Source: Christensenella sp. UBA7703 | GTDB lineage: Bacteria; Bacillota; Clostridia; Christensenellales; CAG-138 | Assembly: GCA_002482505.1 (NCBI GenBank) | Contig: DLGD01000037.1 | Coordinates: 2,888-66,887, forward strand | Reading direction: 5' to 3' | Length of the DNA: 64,000 nucleotides | In this document: positions 9,303 through 19,294 of the stretch, in pieces | Position numbering within the stretch: position 1 is the first letter of the stretch | Layout: each line of letters starts with the position of its first letter | The notes under the pieces: model-generated | Database searches by the model: none | What the model was told of the DNA's origin: nothing | The model's input: only the letters and a program-made list of their open reading frames with translations | Position numbers and translations under genes: made by a program

Positions 9303-10514
9303 TTGAGGAGGTTCTTTCATATTACACAGATGAAGCATAGGAAAGTACTTCTGAGCCATTCGCGCGCTGCAACTTCATCCGAAAGCGGGTTACAACAAAT
9401 GAAGGTATCTGAACGGATTGGCGTATATCTTACTACCTTTCAGGAAAAACACGCGCAGAGCGAGGCCAGGAGCGCCGTCAACCTGCTTGTGTTTCAGTTG
9501 ATCTATCTTGTGCTGATTTCGGCGACCATCATTCTCACCGCAATCGTCAATCGCGGAGAACGGCTGCTGTTCTACATGCTGCTGCTCGGCGGGTTGTTTA
9601 TCGTGATCTTTTTTTCGCTCCTGTTGAACCTGCTTGGAAAATATCGTGCGGCATCTTGGCTCACCGCGCCATGCATGGTCATTGGGCCCTGGCTGTCGAT
9701 CTTGCTCGATCCAACGGTGCTCGCGGGGGATTTCGTGCCGCTGATCTATGTGGCGATGTCGATTCAGCTCTGTTCGATTCTCCTGCGCGAACGGGTGACC
9801 ATCATCATCGCGGTTCTCCAACTGTCCGCAATCATTGCGCTCATCGCCGTTTCACCGGCGTTGCGGGCGATCAATTGGCCGAGTCTGGTGACGTTTATTG
9901 TCTTCACCTCTTTTATTGGCGTACTTTACGGTTTCTCCAGCAAACGGCAGATGCGGCAGATTGAAGAACAGCGAAACCAGCTGATTCTCGACGAGGCAAA
10001 GCTCCGCGCGCTCTCCGTGCGAGACCCGCTCACGGGGCTGTACAATCGACGCTACATGGAGGAAACATTTGACCGTGAAATCCAGCGTGCTATCCGCAAG
10101 CAGCAACCGCTTTCCGTCATCATGGCGGATATCGACGGGTTTAAGACTATCAATGACACCGTCGGGCATGTTTTGGGCGACAAGACGCTTATGACGGTGT
10201 CCGCGTTTTTGATGAAGAGTATCCGCGCATCGGATGTTGCCTGCCGTTTTGGCGGAGACGAGTTTTGCCTGATCCTGCCGGACTGTACGCTCGAGGAGGG
10301 GATCAAGCGCGCAAACACGCTCCGCTGCGCATTGGAAGGACTTGGCGATTCAAGCGGGGACGGTCTGGAGCAATTCACGCTTTCGTTCGGCGTTGCGGCG
10401 ATGCCGGAGGATGGCATGACGCGCGAGGCACTCATTGGCGCTGCGGACAGCGCGCTCTATTCCTCCAAGCGCGCGGGCAGAAACCGCGTCAACGGTATAC
10501 GAACGCATTCCTAA
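9303..10514 (+). CDS. Membrane-anchored diguanylate cyclase (GGDEF domain)
   Basis: About 6 N-terminal TM helices precede RDPLTGLYNRRY…ADIDGFKTINDTVGH…RASDVACRFGGDEFCLILP. The GGDEF active site is intact, and an RxxD I-site lies 5 residues upstream. The start is uncertain (TTG 9303, ATG 9330 or ATG 9399). Confidence 0.9.
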   Translation: MRRFFHITQMKHRKVLLSHSRAATSSESGLQQMKVSERIGVYLTTFQEKHAQSEARSAVNLLVFQLIYLVLISATIILTAIVNRGERLLFYMLLLGGLFIVIFFSLLLNLLGKYRAASWLTAPCMVIGPWLSILLDPTVLAGDFVPLIYVAMSIQLCSILLRERVTIIIAVLQLSAIIALIAVSPALRAINWPSLVTFIVFTSFIGVLYGFSSKRQMRQIEEQRNQLILDEAKLRALSVRDPLTGLYNRRYMEETFDREIQRAIRKQQPLSVIMADIDGFKTINDTVGHVLGDKTLMTVSAFLMKSIRASDVACRFGGDEFCLILPDCTLEEGIKRANTLRCALEGLGDSSGDGLEQFTLSFGVAAMPEDGMTREALIGAADSALYSSKRAGRNRVNGIRTHS

Positions 10515-10590
10515 CGTTGCCAATGCCGCTTGAGAGCCTGATGCACTATCTTGAAACAAAGGCGTGCCGGTAAATTTTGGATGGAATTGT

Positions 10591-10631
10591 AAGAGCGGGG
10601 AATCGTCCACACGGCCGCGCTCTTATTTTTT
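10591..10631 (+). terminator. Rho-independent terminator after the GGDEF gene
   Basis: AAGAGCG…CGCTCTT stem followed by ATTTTTTG. Confidence 0.7.
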
Positions 10632-10744
10632 GTTTCTCGCGCGGTGGGTTTATGGTAAAATAGCCCTACGCCGGAAAGAAAACGTACGGTGTGGAAAACG
10701 CATGGCAATGCGGTAAGTTCAGCCGCTGCCGGGCAAGGAGCAAC

Positions 10745-12901
10745 ATGGAAACAGAAATTCAACTTCTCGCAAAAGAGTTTAGCAAAAACGAATCCCACGT
10801 GAAAAATGTTGTCGATCTGATCGACGAAGGATACACGATTCCGTTTATTGCGCGCTATCGCAAGGAAATGCACGGCACGATGGACGACACCACCCTGCGC
10901 GACCTTGCGGACAGGCTCACGTATCTTCGCAATCTGGCCGAACGGCGTGACGAGATCAAAAAAGCCATTGCAGGGCAGGAGAAACTCACGGACGAACTCA
11001 GCCTCCAGATCGACGAGGCGAAAACGCTCGCCGTGCTGGAAGACCTTTATCGACCCTATAAGCAAAAACGCCGTACGCGCGCCACCATCGCAAAGGAAAA
11101 AGGGCTGGAGCCGCTCGCGACGCAGCTCTTTGCGCAGGGGAAAGACCTGCCTGCGCCGGATGTGCTCGCGCAATCGTTCCTGAGCCCGGAAAAGGGCGTG
11201 AATACGATTGAGGAAGCGCTCGCCGGCGCTTCAGACATCATCGCGGAGGCTGTCTCGGACGACGCGGGCATCCGCCAGAAGCTGCGCGATGTCATCGCGA
11301 AAAACGCGAAGGTTGGTTCGGTTGCGGCAAAGGAAGAGGACTCTGTCTATCGCCTCTACTATCAGTTTGACCAGCCGATGAGCCGCCTGCAAAGCCACCA
11401 GATCCTCGCGATCAACCGCGGAGAGAAGGAAGGCTTTCTCAAGGTCAATCTCGACCTGGACCGGGAACTCGCGCTCGGCACCGTCAAGCGCGCGGTCGTC
11501 AAGACAAATACACCTGCGGGGAAATTTGTGGAGAACGCGGCGGAGGATGCGTATGATCGGCTGATCTTCCCCTCGGTTGAGCGCGAAACAAGAAACACGC
11601 TGACCGATCTTGCAAACGAGGGCGCAATCCATAACTTTGCAATCAATCTCAAACCGCTTCTGATGCAGCCGCCCGTGAAGGGGCATGTCACGATGGGGCT
11701 TGACCCCGGTTTTCGCAACGGCTGCAAGGTCGCGGTGGTCAGCGACACGGGCAAGGTGCTTGATACCACCGTGGTCTATCCGACGTTTGGCGAGCGGCAA
11801 AAGGAAGAGGCGATTGAAAAACTCGAATCCCTCGTGAAAAAACATACGGTGGAGCATATCGCAATCGGCAACGGCACCGCCTCCCGCGAGACGGAGCAGA
11901 TGACCGTAGAGCTGATCGCCAGAAATCATGGCGTGAGTTATATGATCGTCAACGAGGCGGGCGCTTCCGTTTACTCCGCGAGTAAACTTGCCGCGGAGGA
12001 GTTCCCGCAATATGACGTGAACCTGCGCTCTGCTGTCTCGATTGCAAGAAGGCTGCAAGACCCGCTGGCGGAGCTGGTCAAGATTGACCCCAAGGCCATC
12101 GGCGTGGGACAATATCAGCACGACATGCCGCAAAAGCGCCTCAGCGAAACACTCGATGGTGTGGTGGAGGACTGCGTCAACGCGGTCGGGGTCGATGTCA
12201 ACACCGCCTCACCTTCTCTGCTGAAGCAGGTTGCGGGCTTAAACGAAACACTTGCGAAAAACATCGTGGCGTATCGCGAGGCAAACGGCGCGTTCACCAG
12301 CAGAAAGCTGCTCATGAAGGTGCCGAAGATGGGCCCGAAGGCGTTTGAGCAGTGCGCGGGCTTCCTGCGCGTGCCGGAGAGCAAGCTGGTGTTTGACAAC
12401 ACCGGCGTGCACCCGGAAAGCTACGCCGCCGCGGAAAAGCTGCTCACGCTCACCGGATACACCCTCAAAGACGTTGCCGCGGGCAAGATTGCGGAGCTGC
12501 CGGAGCGCGTGAAGCAGACGGGCGAGAGCAAGCTCGCTGCCGAATGCGGTGTTGGGTTGCCGACGCTCAAGGACGTGGTCAAGGAACTGGTCAAACCGGG
12601 ACGTGACCCGCGCGACGAGCTGCCCAAGCCGGTATTGCGCACGGACGTGCTGGACATCAAGGACATCGTGCCGGGCATGATCCTCACCGGAACGGTGCGA
12701 AACGTGATCGATTTCGGTGTGTTTGTCGACATCGGCGTGCATCAGGACGGGCTTGTGCACATCTCGGAGTTGGTCAACCGCTTCATCAAACATCCCAGCG
12801 AGGTGGTGTCGATCGGTGACGTGGTGCAGGTGTTGGTGCTTGGCGTGGATGTCGCGAAAAAGCGAATTTCGCTTTCGATGAAGCAGGTCGAGAAGCAATA
12901 G
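10745..12901 (+). CDS. tex: Tex-like transcription accessory protein (YqgF/HHH/S1 domains)
   Basis: The N-terminus VVDLIDEGYTIPFIARYRKE is the Tex signature, and there is a C-terminal S1 domain (GMILTGTVRNVIDFGVFVDIGVHQDGLVHISE). The ATG at 10745 follows AAGGAGCAAC. Confidence 0.9.
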   Translation: METEIQLLAKEFSKNESHVKNVVDLIDEGYTIPFIARYRKEMHGTMDDTTLRDLADRLTYLRNLAERRDEIKKAIAGQEKLTDELSLQIDEAKTLAVLEDLYRPYKQKRRTRATIAKEKGLEPLATQLFAQGKDLPAPDVLAQSFLSPEKGVNTIEEALAGASDIIAEAVSDDAGIRQKLRDVIAKNAKVGSVAAKEEDSVYRLYYQFDQPMSRLQSHQILAINRGEKEGFLKVNLDLDRELALGTVKRAVVKTNTPAGKFVENAAEDAYDRLIFPSVERETRNTLTDLANEGAIHNFAINLKPLLMQPPVKGHVTMGLDPGFRNGCKVAVVSDTGKVLDTTVVYPTFGERQKEEAIEKLESLVKKHTVEHIAIGNGTASRETEQMTVELIARNHGVSYMIVNEAGASVYSASKLAAEEFPQYDVNLRSAVSIARRLQDPLAELVKIDPKAIGVGQYQHDMPQKRLSETLDGVVEDCVNAVGVDVNTASPSLLKQVAGLNETLAKNIVAYREANGAFTSRKLLMKVPKMGPKAFEQCAGFLRVPESKLVFDNTGVHPESYAAAEKLLTLTGYTLKDVAAGKIAELPERVKQTGESKLAAECGVGLPTLKDVVKELVKPGRDPRDELPKPVLRTDVLDIKDIVPGMILTGTVRNVIDFGVFVDIGVHQDGLVHISELVNRFIKHPSEVVSIGDVVQVLVLGVDVAKKRISLSMKQVEKQ

Positions 12902-12930
12902 ATAAGACAAAGATCGGCAGAGGGGGGACC

Positions 12931-13851
12931 ATGCAAGTTGTCAATCTTGCCATGCAGGGCGGCGCTCCTGCGGAGCTGATTTTACAAACCGAGAATGAAA
13001 CCGGTATAAAAAAGACCTATACCCGTGTCTTTTTGCCGCCGCGGCGGCTGATCCTCCTCGGCGGCGGGCATGTGTCCCAGCCGCTGAGCCGCTATGCCGC
13101 CGATCTGGAGTTTGACGTGGTGGTGGTGGACGACCGACCGGGGTTTGCAAACGCCGTGCGTTTCCCAGAAGCAGGTCGCGTGATCTGCGATTCGTTTTCT
13201 CATGCGCTGGAGCAGCTATCGGTTACGAAATATGATTTTGTCTGCGTGATTACGCGCGGGCATCGGCACGACGCGCTGTGTCTTCGGACACTGCTTGCCG
13301 GTACGCAACCGCGCTATCTGGGCTTGATCGGCTCGCGCAGGCGCACGATTGAGCTCTTCAAGATGCTCGAAGAGGAAGGCTTTGACCGCGCGAAGATCGA
13401 CCAGATCCATACGCCGATCGGTCTTGCCATCGGCGCGGAAACGCCCAAGGAAATCGCGATTTCGATTCTTGCGGAGTTGATTTTGCATCGCAGCAGCAAG
13501 AGCAGTGCTTGTGAGGCGGAGCGACTGGCGCTGACCTCACACGAGCCGGAACTGCTTTCCTACCTGCTCTCCGGCAAAGAGCCCTGCGCGCTTGCCGTCG
13601 TGGTGGAAAAAAGCGGATCAACGCCCGTGCCGACCGGGGCAATCATGGCGGTCAACGTCCTCGGCGGCATCGTTGGCACCGTTGGCGGCGGCTGCGGGGA
13701 ATATGAGATCGTCAAGCATGCGCTGGACGTGCTGCGTACAGGGCAGGCAAAACGCATCGACCTCGACATGAGCAACGACGTCGCCGAGGAAGAGGGCATG
13801 GTCTGCGGCGGACGCATGAAGGTTTGGATTGAGCCGGTTTCGGCACAATAG
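12931..13851 (+). CDS. XdhC/CoxI family molybdoenzyme maturation-like protein with apparently permuted domain order
   Basis: A Rossmann-type XdhC_C segment (LILLGGGHVSQPL…ITRGHRHD…LGLIGSRRR…TPIGLAIGAETPKEIAISILAE) comes first. It is followed by an XdhC_CoxI-like segment (ALAVVVEKSGSTPVPTGAIMAV…GTVGGGCGE…GMVCGGRMKVWIEP). Confidence 0.8.
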   Translation: MQVVNLAMQGGAPAELILQTENETGIKKTYTRVFLPPRRLILLGGGHVSQPLSRYAADLEFDVVVVDDRPGFANAVRFPEAGRVICDSFSHALEQLSVTKYDFVCVITRGHRHDALCLRTLLAGTQPRYLGLIGSRRRTIELFKMLEEEGFDRAKIDQIHTPIGLAIGAETPKEIAISILAELILHRSSKSSACEAERLALTSHEPELLSYLLSGKEPCALAVVVEKSGSTPVPTGAIMAVNVLGGIVGTVGGGCGEYEIVKHALDVLRTGQAKRIDLDMSNDVAEEEGMVCGGRMKVWIEPVSAQ

Positions 13852-13865
13852 CGTGTAAGAGCACG

Positions 13866-13895
13866 AGCAGCAGGAATCGTTTCTGCTGCTTTTTT
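13866..13895 (+). terminator. Rho-independent terminator after xdhC-like gene
   Basis: Perfect 8-bp stem AGCAGCAG/CTGCTGCT with a 9-nt loop, then TTTTTT. Confidence 0.8.
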
Positions 13896-13958
13896 AGAAA
13901 CAGAAGTGCTTTTCAAGACGATTTTGATCGGGTTCAGCACGGCATTTTCAAAAAACGC

Positions 13959-13987
13959 TTGACAAAGCATTTCTCCGCGTGTACATT
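13959..13987 (+). promoter_or_regulatory. Sigma-A-type promoter of cysK
   Basis: TTGACA (13959-13964), 17-nt spacer, TACATT (13982-13987), about 40 nt upstream of the cysK RBS AAGGAGAG. Confidence 0.6.
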
Positions 13988-14029
13988 AAACATATAAAAC
14001 ATATATGCGAAATATAAGGAGAGAATCAT

Positions 14030-14968
14030 ATGGCTAAGATTTCGAAAAGCCTGACGGAACTGATTGGAAAGACCCCGCTGTTGGAGCTCTCCAATTTTGA
14101 GAAGAAAAACGGATTACAAGCGAAGATCGTCGCTAAATTGGAGTATTTCAACCCCGGCGGCAGCGTGAAAGATCGCATCGCGCTTGCGATGATTGACGAC
14201 GCGGAAAAGCGCGGCGTGCTGAAAGCTGACAGCGTGATCATCGAGCCCACCAGCGGGAACACAGGCATCGGGCTTGCCTCCGTCGCGGCAGCGCGCGGAT
14301 ATCGCATCATCCTGACCATGCCGGAGACGATGAGCGTGGAGCGCCGCGTGCTCATGAGAGCCTACGGCGCGGAGATCGTGCTCACAGAAGGCGCAAAGGG
14401 CATGAAGGGCGCTATCGCCAGAGCAAACGAGCTTGCGGCGGAGATTCCGCATTCGTTCATTCCCGGGCAATTTGACAACCCCGCAAACCCCGCGATTCAC
14501 AAGGCGACCACCGGCCCCGAAATTTGGGACGATACCGACGGCAAAGTGGACATCTTTGTTGCGGGTGCTGGCACGGGCGGCACGGTCACGGGTGTTGGCG
14601 AATACCTCAAGAGCAAGAACCCCAATGTGAAGATCGTCGTGGTGGAGCCCGCCGATTCTCCGGTGCTTTCGGAAGGACGACCCGGCCCGCATAAGATTCA
14701 GGGCATCGGCGCGGGATTTGTGCCCGCCGTGTTGAACACGAGCGTGTATGACGAGATCATCCCCGTCAAGAACGAGGACGCATTTGCCGTCGCCCGCGAA
14801 ATCGGCAGAGAAGAAGGGCTTCTTGTCGGCATCTCCAGCGGAGCCGCCGCTTGGGCCGCGACTGAGCTTGCAAAGCGCCCCGAAAACGCGGGCAAGACCA
14901 TCGTGGTCATCCTGCCGGATACGGGCGAGCGGTATCTCTCCACCGCCCTGTTTGCAGACCTGCAATAA
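14030..14968 (+). CDS. cysK: Cysteine synthase A (O-acetylserine sulfhydrylase)
   Basis: [10 protein letters not shown]…[19 protein letters not shown] (PLP lysine motif), [24 protein letters not shown]. 312 aa with a strong RBS. Confidence 0.95.
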   Translation: MAKISKSLTELIGKTPLLELSNFEKKNGLQAKIVAKLEYFNPGGSVKDRIALAMIDDAEKRGVLKADSVIIEPTSGNTGIGLASVAAARGYRIILTMPETMSVERRVLMRAYGAEIVLTEGAKGMKGAIARANELAAEIPHSFIPGQFDNPANPAIHKATTGPEIWDDTDGKVDIFVAGAGTGGTVTGVGEYLKSKNPNVKIVVVEPADSPVLSEGRPGPHKIQGIGAGFVPAVLNTSVYDEIIPVKNEDAFAVAREIGREEGLLVGISSGAAAWAATELAKRPENAGKTIVVILPDTGERYLSTALFADLQ

Positions 14969-15156
14969 AGCAATCTCAGTAAAATTATCACAAGCGTATT
15001 CCTGCTGAACATGGAACAAGCGCACGTGAACGAGCCAAAGAGCCGCCTTGTCGCGGCTTTTTTGCTGCCAACTGCGCGATTGTTGACGTGTTCCATATTT
15101 CAGGTTATGATTCTAAGGTGCTTTTTAGCGGCACAAAAAGAAAGGCGAATACAACC

Positions 15157-15984
15157 ATGCTCAACGAATTTTCCCGCGCGCAGCTCCTGCTTGGCAAAGA
15201 GGCCATGGAGACGCTTGCCGATTCTCGCGTTGCCGTCTTCGGCATCGGCGGGGTGGGCAGCTTTGCGGCGGAGGCCCTCGCGCGCGCGGGGGTAGGCAGT
15301 CTCGACGTGTTTGACGACGATAAGGTTTGCCTGACCAACATCAACCGCCAGCTCATCGCGCTGCATTCCACCATCGGCAAACAAAAGGTCGAGGTGATGC
15401 GCGCTCGCATTCTGGATATCAACCCGCGCTGCGTGGTCACCGCGCACGCGTGCTTTTATAGTGCGGAGACGGCGGATTCAGTCGATCTCTCGGTCTATGA
15501 CTACATCATCGACGCAATCGATACCGTCTCCTGCAAGCTGCTGCTCATCGAGCGCGCAAATGCCGCAGGGGTGCGTATCATCAGCTGCATGGGCGCGGGC
15601 AACAAGCTCGACCCTACGCGACTGGAAGTTTCGGATATCTATAAAACCTCCGTCTGCCCCTTGGCACGTGTGATGCGAAAGGAACTCAAATCCCGCGGAA
15701 TTCGTAAGCTCAAGGTCGTCTACTCGCGGGAGGAGGCGATCAAGCCGGAGGATGATCTGTCCATCAGCTGTAAGACCGGCTGTGTGTGCCCGCCGGGAAC
15801 CAAGCGCAAATGCACCGCCCGCCGTCAGGTGCCGGGCAGCGTTTCGTTTGTGCCGCCGGTTGCGGGCTATATTTTGGCCGGAGAAGTGGTCAAGGATATC
15901 ATTGCGCTTGGCGCTGACAAAACACCCGCCAAAGCGAATGTTGCAGAGACCCCCGAGGATATGGTACACTCAAAACAACAGTAG
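15157..15984 (+). CDS. tcdA: tRNA threonylcarbamoyladenosine dehydratase (ThiF/MoeB-family E1-like, TcdA/CsdL)
   Basis: VAVFGIGGVGSFAAEALARAGVGSLDVFDDDKVCLTNINRQ…KVEVM…INP matches the TcdA pattern. The start is chosen at MLNEFSR (ATG 15157). Confidence 0.85.
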   Translation: MLNEFSRAQLLLGKEAMETLADSRVAVFGIGGVGSFAAEALARAGVGSLDVFDDDKVCLTNINRQLIALHSTIGKQKVEVMRARILDINPRCVVTAHACFYSAETADSVDLSVYDYIIDAIDTVSCKLLLIERANAAGVRIISCMGAGNKLDPTRLEVSDIYKTSVCPLARVMRKELKSRGIRKLKVVYSREEAIKPEDDLSISCKTGCVCPPGTKRKCTARRQVPGSVSFVPPVAGYILAGEVVKDIIALGADKTPAKANVAETPEDMVHSKQQ

Positions 15985-16145
15985 AAAGAGAACAAGGATA
16001 CATGCATTATTACATCCGTATTCGCTAAACAGGATCAAATAGCAGGAGACGCCAGAAGACGGCGCTGTTTGCTTTGCCGGACGAAACGGATGCATCGCAC
16101 GCGAAACACGTGCGGGTGGGGTTCTTTTATTCCGCTCACGGCAGA

Positions 16146-16171
16146 CAGGCAACGCGCTTGCCTGCTTTTTT
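16146..16171 (+). terminator. Rho-independent terminator after tcdA
   Basis: CAGGCAA-5 nt-TTGCCTG stem followed by CTTTTTT. Confidence 0.7.
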
Positions 16172-16252
16172 ATACGGTGACCATATCACGCGGTGAATAT
16201 CGGTCATTGTGGTAAAATAAACTATTGATTTGAATAACGAAGGGATTATGAT

Positions 16253-17518
16253 ATGCCACAATTAAACAATTGGAGAAAGAAATATTTTACAATCCTGACC
16301 GGACAGGCGATTTCGATGGTCACGAGCGGAATCCTGCAGATGGCGCTGATCTTTTACCTCACGGAGAAGACCGGTTCCGCGCTCGTGCTCTCGTTGGCGA
16401 CGTTCTTCGGCTTCCTGCCGCAGGCGGTGCTGGGTCCGTTCATCGGCGTTTGGGTCGACCGCTGGAGCAGAAAAGCTGTCATGATCGGCGCGGATTTATT
16501 TATCGCGCTGGCAGGCGTCGCGCTGGCGGTCATCGCGCTCAACGCCCAGCCGCCGATCTGGGTTGTGCTCGGCATTCTGTTTTTGCGCAGCGTCGGTTCG
16601 GCATTCCATTCGCCCGCGATGTCCGCCGTCACACCGCTCATCGTGCCGGAGGATCAGCTCGTTAAGTGTGCGGGCTATAGCTCGTCGATCCAGTCGATCA
16701 GCTTCCTCGTGAGTCCGGCGCTCGGCGCGGTGTTGTACGCACGCTGGTCGATTTCCGCTATCGTGGGGTTGGATGTGGTTGGTGCAATCATAGCGGTTGC
16801 GTTTGTGGCGTTTATCGCGATTCCAAAGCCGCCAAAGTCGGATCTGGTGGGGCAAGAGAGCTTTTTTGCCGATCTCAAGAACGGCTATTTCGCGATTCGC
16901 GAGGATAAGGGGCTGTTTCAGATGTTGATGATCGGCACGCTGTATATGCTCGTGTTTATGCCGATCAATGCGCTCTTTCCGCTGATGAGCATGGGCTATT
17001 TCGGCGGAACGACTACGCACGCTGCCATTGCGGAAACCGCGTTTTCGGCGGGGATGCTCGTCGGCGGGCTTGTGCTTGGCGCATGGGGCGGTTTCAAGCG
17101 GCGAATTGTCACGCTCGGTCTTTCCGTGATCCTGATGGGCGTGGGTTTTGCCGCCTCCGGGCTGCTGCCAACATGGGGATTTGTCGGCTTTGCCGTGCTC
17201 TGCGTGGTGATGGGCTTTGCCGCTCCGTTTCACGGCGTACAGAGCGCAATCTTTCAAGAGCGCATTGCGCCGGAGTGCCTCGGGCGCGTATTCTCGCTGA
17301 GTATGAGCATGATGTCACTCGCGATGCCGATTGGGCTGATGCTGGCGGGCGCGTTTGCGGAGGTCATCGGCGTGCACACATGGTTCCTTATTTCCGGCAT
17401 TCTGGTGATCCTTATCGCGCTGTTGATGATGTCGATGCCTGCCATCCGCGCGCTGGACAACAAACCCGTGCCGGAAGCGGCGGAGGCAGTCTCGGCTGTT
17501 CCGGGCGCCGCAGAGTAA
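16253..17518 (+). CDS. MFS transporter (EntS/macrolide-efflux-like subfamily)
   Basis: 421 aa with 12 TM segments. It carries the N-terminal YFTILTGQAISMVTSGILQMALIFYL and the loop motif GVWVDRWSRK typical of this MFS subfamily. Confidence 0.85.
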   Translation: MPQLNNWRKKYFTILTGQAISMVTSGILQMALIFYLTEKTGSALVLSLATFFGFLPQAVLGPFIGVWVDRWSRKAVMIGADLFIALAGVALAVIALNAQPPIWVVLGILFLRSVGSAFHSPAMSAVTPLIVPEDQLVKCAGYSSSIQSISFLVSPALGAVLYARWSISAIVGLDVVGAIIAVAFVAFIAIPKPPKSDLVGQESFFADLKNGYFAIREDKGLFQMLMIGTLYMLVFMPINALFPLMSMGYFGGTTTHAAIAETAFSAGMLVGGLVLGAWGGFKRRIVTLGLSVILMGVGFAASGLLPTWGFVGFAVLCVVMGFAAPFHGVQSAIFQERIAPECLGRVFSLSMSMMSLAMPIGLMLAGAFAEVIGVHTWFLISGILVILIALLMMSMPAIRALDNKPVPEAAEAVSAVPGAAE

Positions 17519-17531
17519 GAAGAAGCAAAAT

Positions 17532-17720
17532 TCACGCGTAAACAAAAATCCCCGTGCTGTCGTCGTTGTACCAGCGCGGGGATTTTTTTCTGTTGTACGT
17601 TCTCTTGTTCTCGGTTGTGCGGGTAATCGGGTTGATGCCCTCCCAGGTAGTGCGTTTTGTCGTGTCCAGCGCGCGCTTTTCGCGCTTGCTCATCTTCTCG
17701 CGCGGGAGAAAGGGTTTCAT
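17532..17720 (-). CDS. Small highly basic hypothetical protein (62 aa)
   Basis: The ATG is preceded by AAGGAAG with 9-nt spacing. The K/R-rich sequence SKREKRALDTTKRTTWEGINPITR…YNRKK resembles small conserved Firmicute proteins, from memory only. The 3' end overlaps the terminator hairpin, which lowers confidence. Confidence 0.3.
   Translation of the reverse strand: MKPFLPREKMSKREKRALDTTKRTTWEGINPITRTTENKRTYNRKKSPRWYNDDSTGIFVYA
17548..17590. terminator. Bidirectional hairpin terminator after the MFS gene
   Basis: AAAAATCCCCG…CGGGGATTTTTTT: a GC stem flanked by an A-run and a T-run. Confidence 0.7.
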
Positions 17721-17872
17721 GGTTATTCACTTCCTTTTGTTGATTGTTAAAACCCAAACGATGGATTCCGCCGAACAGTATACGGGTTTCGGGCAAAAAA
17801 TGCAATTGTGAAATGCTTTGTTTGCGATATAATACAGTTGCCGACTAAAAAATGCCCGATCGGGAGGGGAAT

Positions 17873-18154
17873 ATGAAGGATAAAACACGTTTGTTCATCG
17901 CGGGGGGAATCCTGCTGCTTGCCGTCGCGCTGTTTGTGCTCGGGATGATCGTTTTACCGGAGGCGCTTGTCATGCAGGTGCAGATGGATGGTTCCGCGGG
18001 CACCACTCTGCCAAAGTTGATCGGCTTACTCATACCGCTGGCGCTGAGTACGGTTTTCGCGGTGTTCTACTACAAAGGCGGACAGGGAAAGAACCTGCTG
18101 GTTGCGATCATCGGGCTTGTGGCCTTCGGATTGACGTTCTTCTTCAACCGCTGA
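17873..18154 (+). CDS. Small membrane protein (3 TM), hypothetical
   Basis: The ATG at 17873 follows GGGAGGGGAAT. There are three hydrophobic helices and a terminator immediately downstream. Confidence 0.5.
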   Translation: MKDKTRLFIAGGILLLAVALFVLGMIVLPEALVMQVQMDGSAGTTLPKLIGLLIPLALSTVFAVFYYKGGQGKNLLVAIIGLVAFGLTFFFNR

Positions 18155-18168
18155 TCAAAAGCGCAATC

Positions 18169-18199
18169 AAAAAGTCCGGCTGTGAGGCCGGACTTTTTT
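18169..18199. terminator. Bidirectional terminator between convergent genes
   Basis: AAAAAGTCCGGC-TGTGAG-GCCGGACTTTTTT. Confidence 0.8.
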
Positions 18200-18217
18200 G
18201 TTGTTTGCGTTGGGTCA

Positions 18218-19207
18218 TTATTTACCGAAGGTACCATCCTGAAGCTGCTTGATATAGTCGGCAACCTTGGCCTGGGTGGCGGTATCCATCAACGTGTCGT
18301 TGAACTTGCCGAGGTAGACCGCGCCGTTTTCGAGCGAACCGAAGACCACTTCTTTGCCGAAGGTGCCGGATTCGACCTTTTCGAGGCAGATGGCGATCAT
18401 GGCGGCGTTGTCGGTGACGACGCTGCTCACGACGCAGGGGTTCTGGCCGAGGAGGTCGGCGGGCTGGCCGATGTCGAAGATCTTCACTGTGTCGCCGTTG
18501 GCCTGGTCGATTGCCTGACGCGCGCCGGAGTCGACGGCGGAAGCATCGCCAAAGAACACGTCCGCGCCTTCATTGATCATGGAAGCGGCAAGCTCCATAC
18601 CCTTGGCGGTGTCGTTGAAGGAACCGGCATAAGCGGAGACAACCTTGATGGAGGGGTTGATGACCTGCGCGGCAGCGGTGAACTGCGCGAGCTTGGACTT
18701 CGTTGTGTCGAGTTCCATGCCGCCGATGAAGCCGATGACGTTGGTCTTGCTCATGAGGCCGGCGATGATGCCCGCGATGGAGCCAATCTGGTCGGCGTTG
18801 GGCAGGATGCTCATGATGTTGGCAGTGGGCAGCTCGGTGGAGCCGTTGAGCACCGCGAACGCAACGTTCGGGTAATCCGCGGCAACCTGCTTGACGGCAT
18901 CGCTGTACTGGTTGCCCGGCGCAAAGATCATGTCATAGCCGAGGTCGCAGTAGCTGATCATCGTGTCGGCATAGGCGGACTGATCGATGGCATCGGTGTA
19001 GGCGGTTTCCCAGCCGCGGGTTGCGGCGGCGGCGGTCATGCCGTTGTAGCAGGCCGCACCCCAGCCACCATCGGAGATGCTGGAATCGCAGATCATGGCG
19101 ACCTTGAAGGTCTTCGCTTCCGCTGCGGGGGCGGCTTCTTTGGCGCAACCGGCGAGCATGCCGAGGGCCAGGCACAGAACGAGTGCGATAGCAAGAATCT
19201 TCTTCAT
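18218..19207 (-). CDS. BMP-family ABC transporter substrate-binding lipoprotein (nucleoside/purine-binding type)
   Basis: Signal peptide MKKILAIALVLCLALGMLAGC (lipobox). Bmp/PnrA-like motifs are present: DSSISDGGWG, VIGFIGGME, SAYAGSFND. Confidence 0.9.
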   Translation of the reverse strand: MKKILAIALVLCLALGMLAGCAKEAAPAAEAKTFKVAMICDSSISDGGWGAACYNGMTAAAATRGWETAYTDAIDQSAYADTMISYCDLGYDMIFAPGNQYSDAVKQVAADYPNVAFAVLNGSTELPTANIMSILPNADQIGSIAGIIAGLMSKTNVIGFIGGMELDTTKSKLAQFTAAAQVINPSIKVVSAYAGSFNDTAKGMELAASMINEGADVFFGDASAVDSGARQAIDQANGDTVKIFDIGQPADLLGQNPCVVSSVVTDNAAMIAICLEKVESGTFGKEVVFGSLENGAVYLGKFNDTLMDTATQAKVADYIKQLQDGTFGK

Positions 19208-19294
19208 AAGTGTTCTTTTCCTCCATAAAATTTTATGTAACACGGAGTCATCCGTAATTACCAAGTGTTTGCGGCGTAAGCCGCAAGAGAAATA

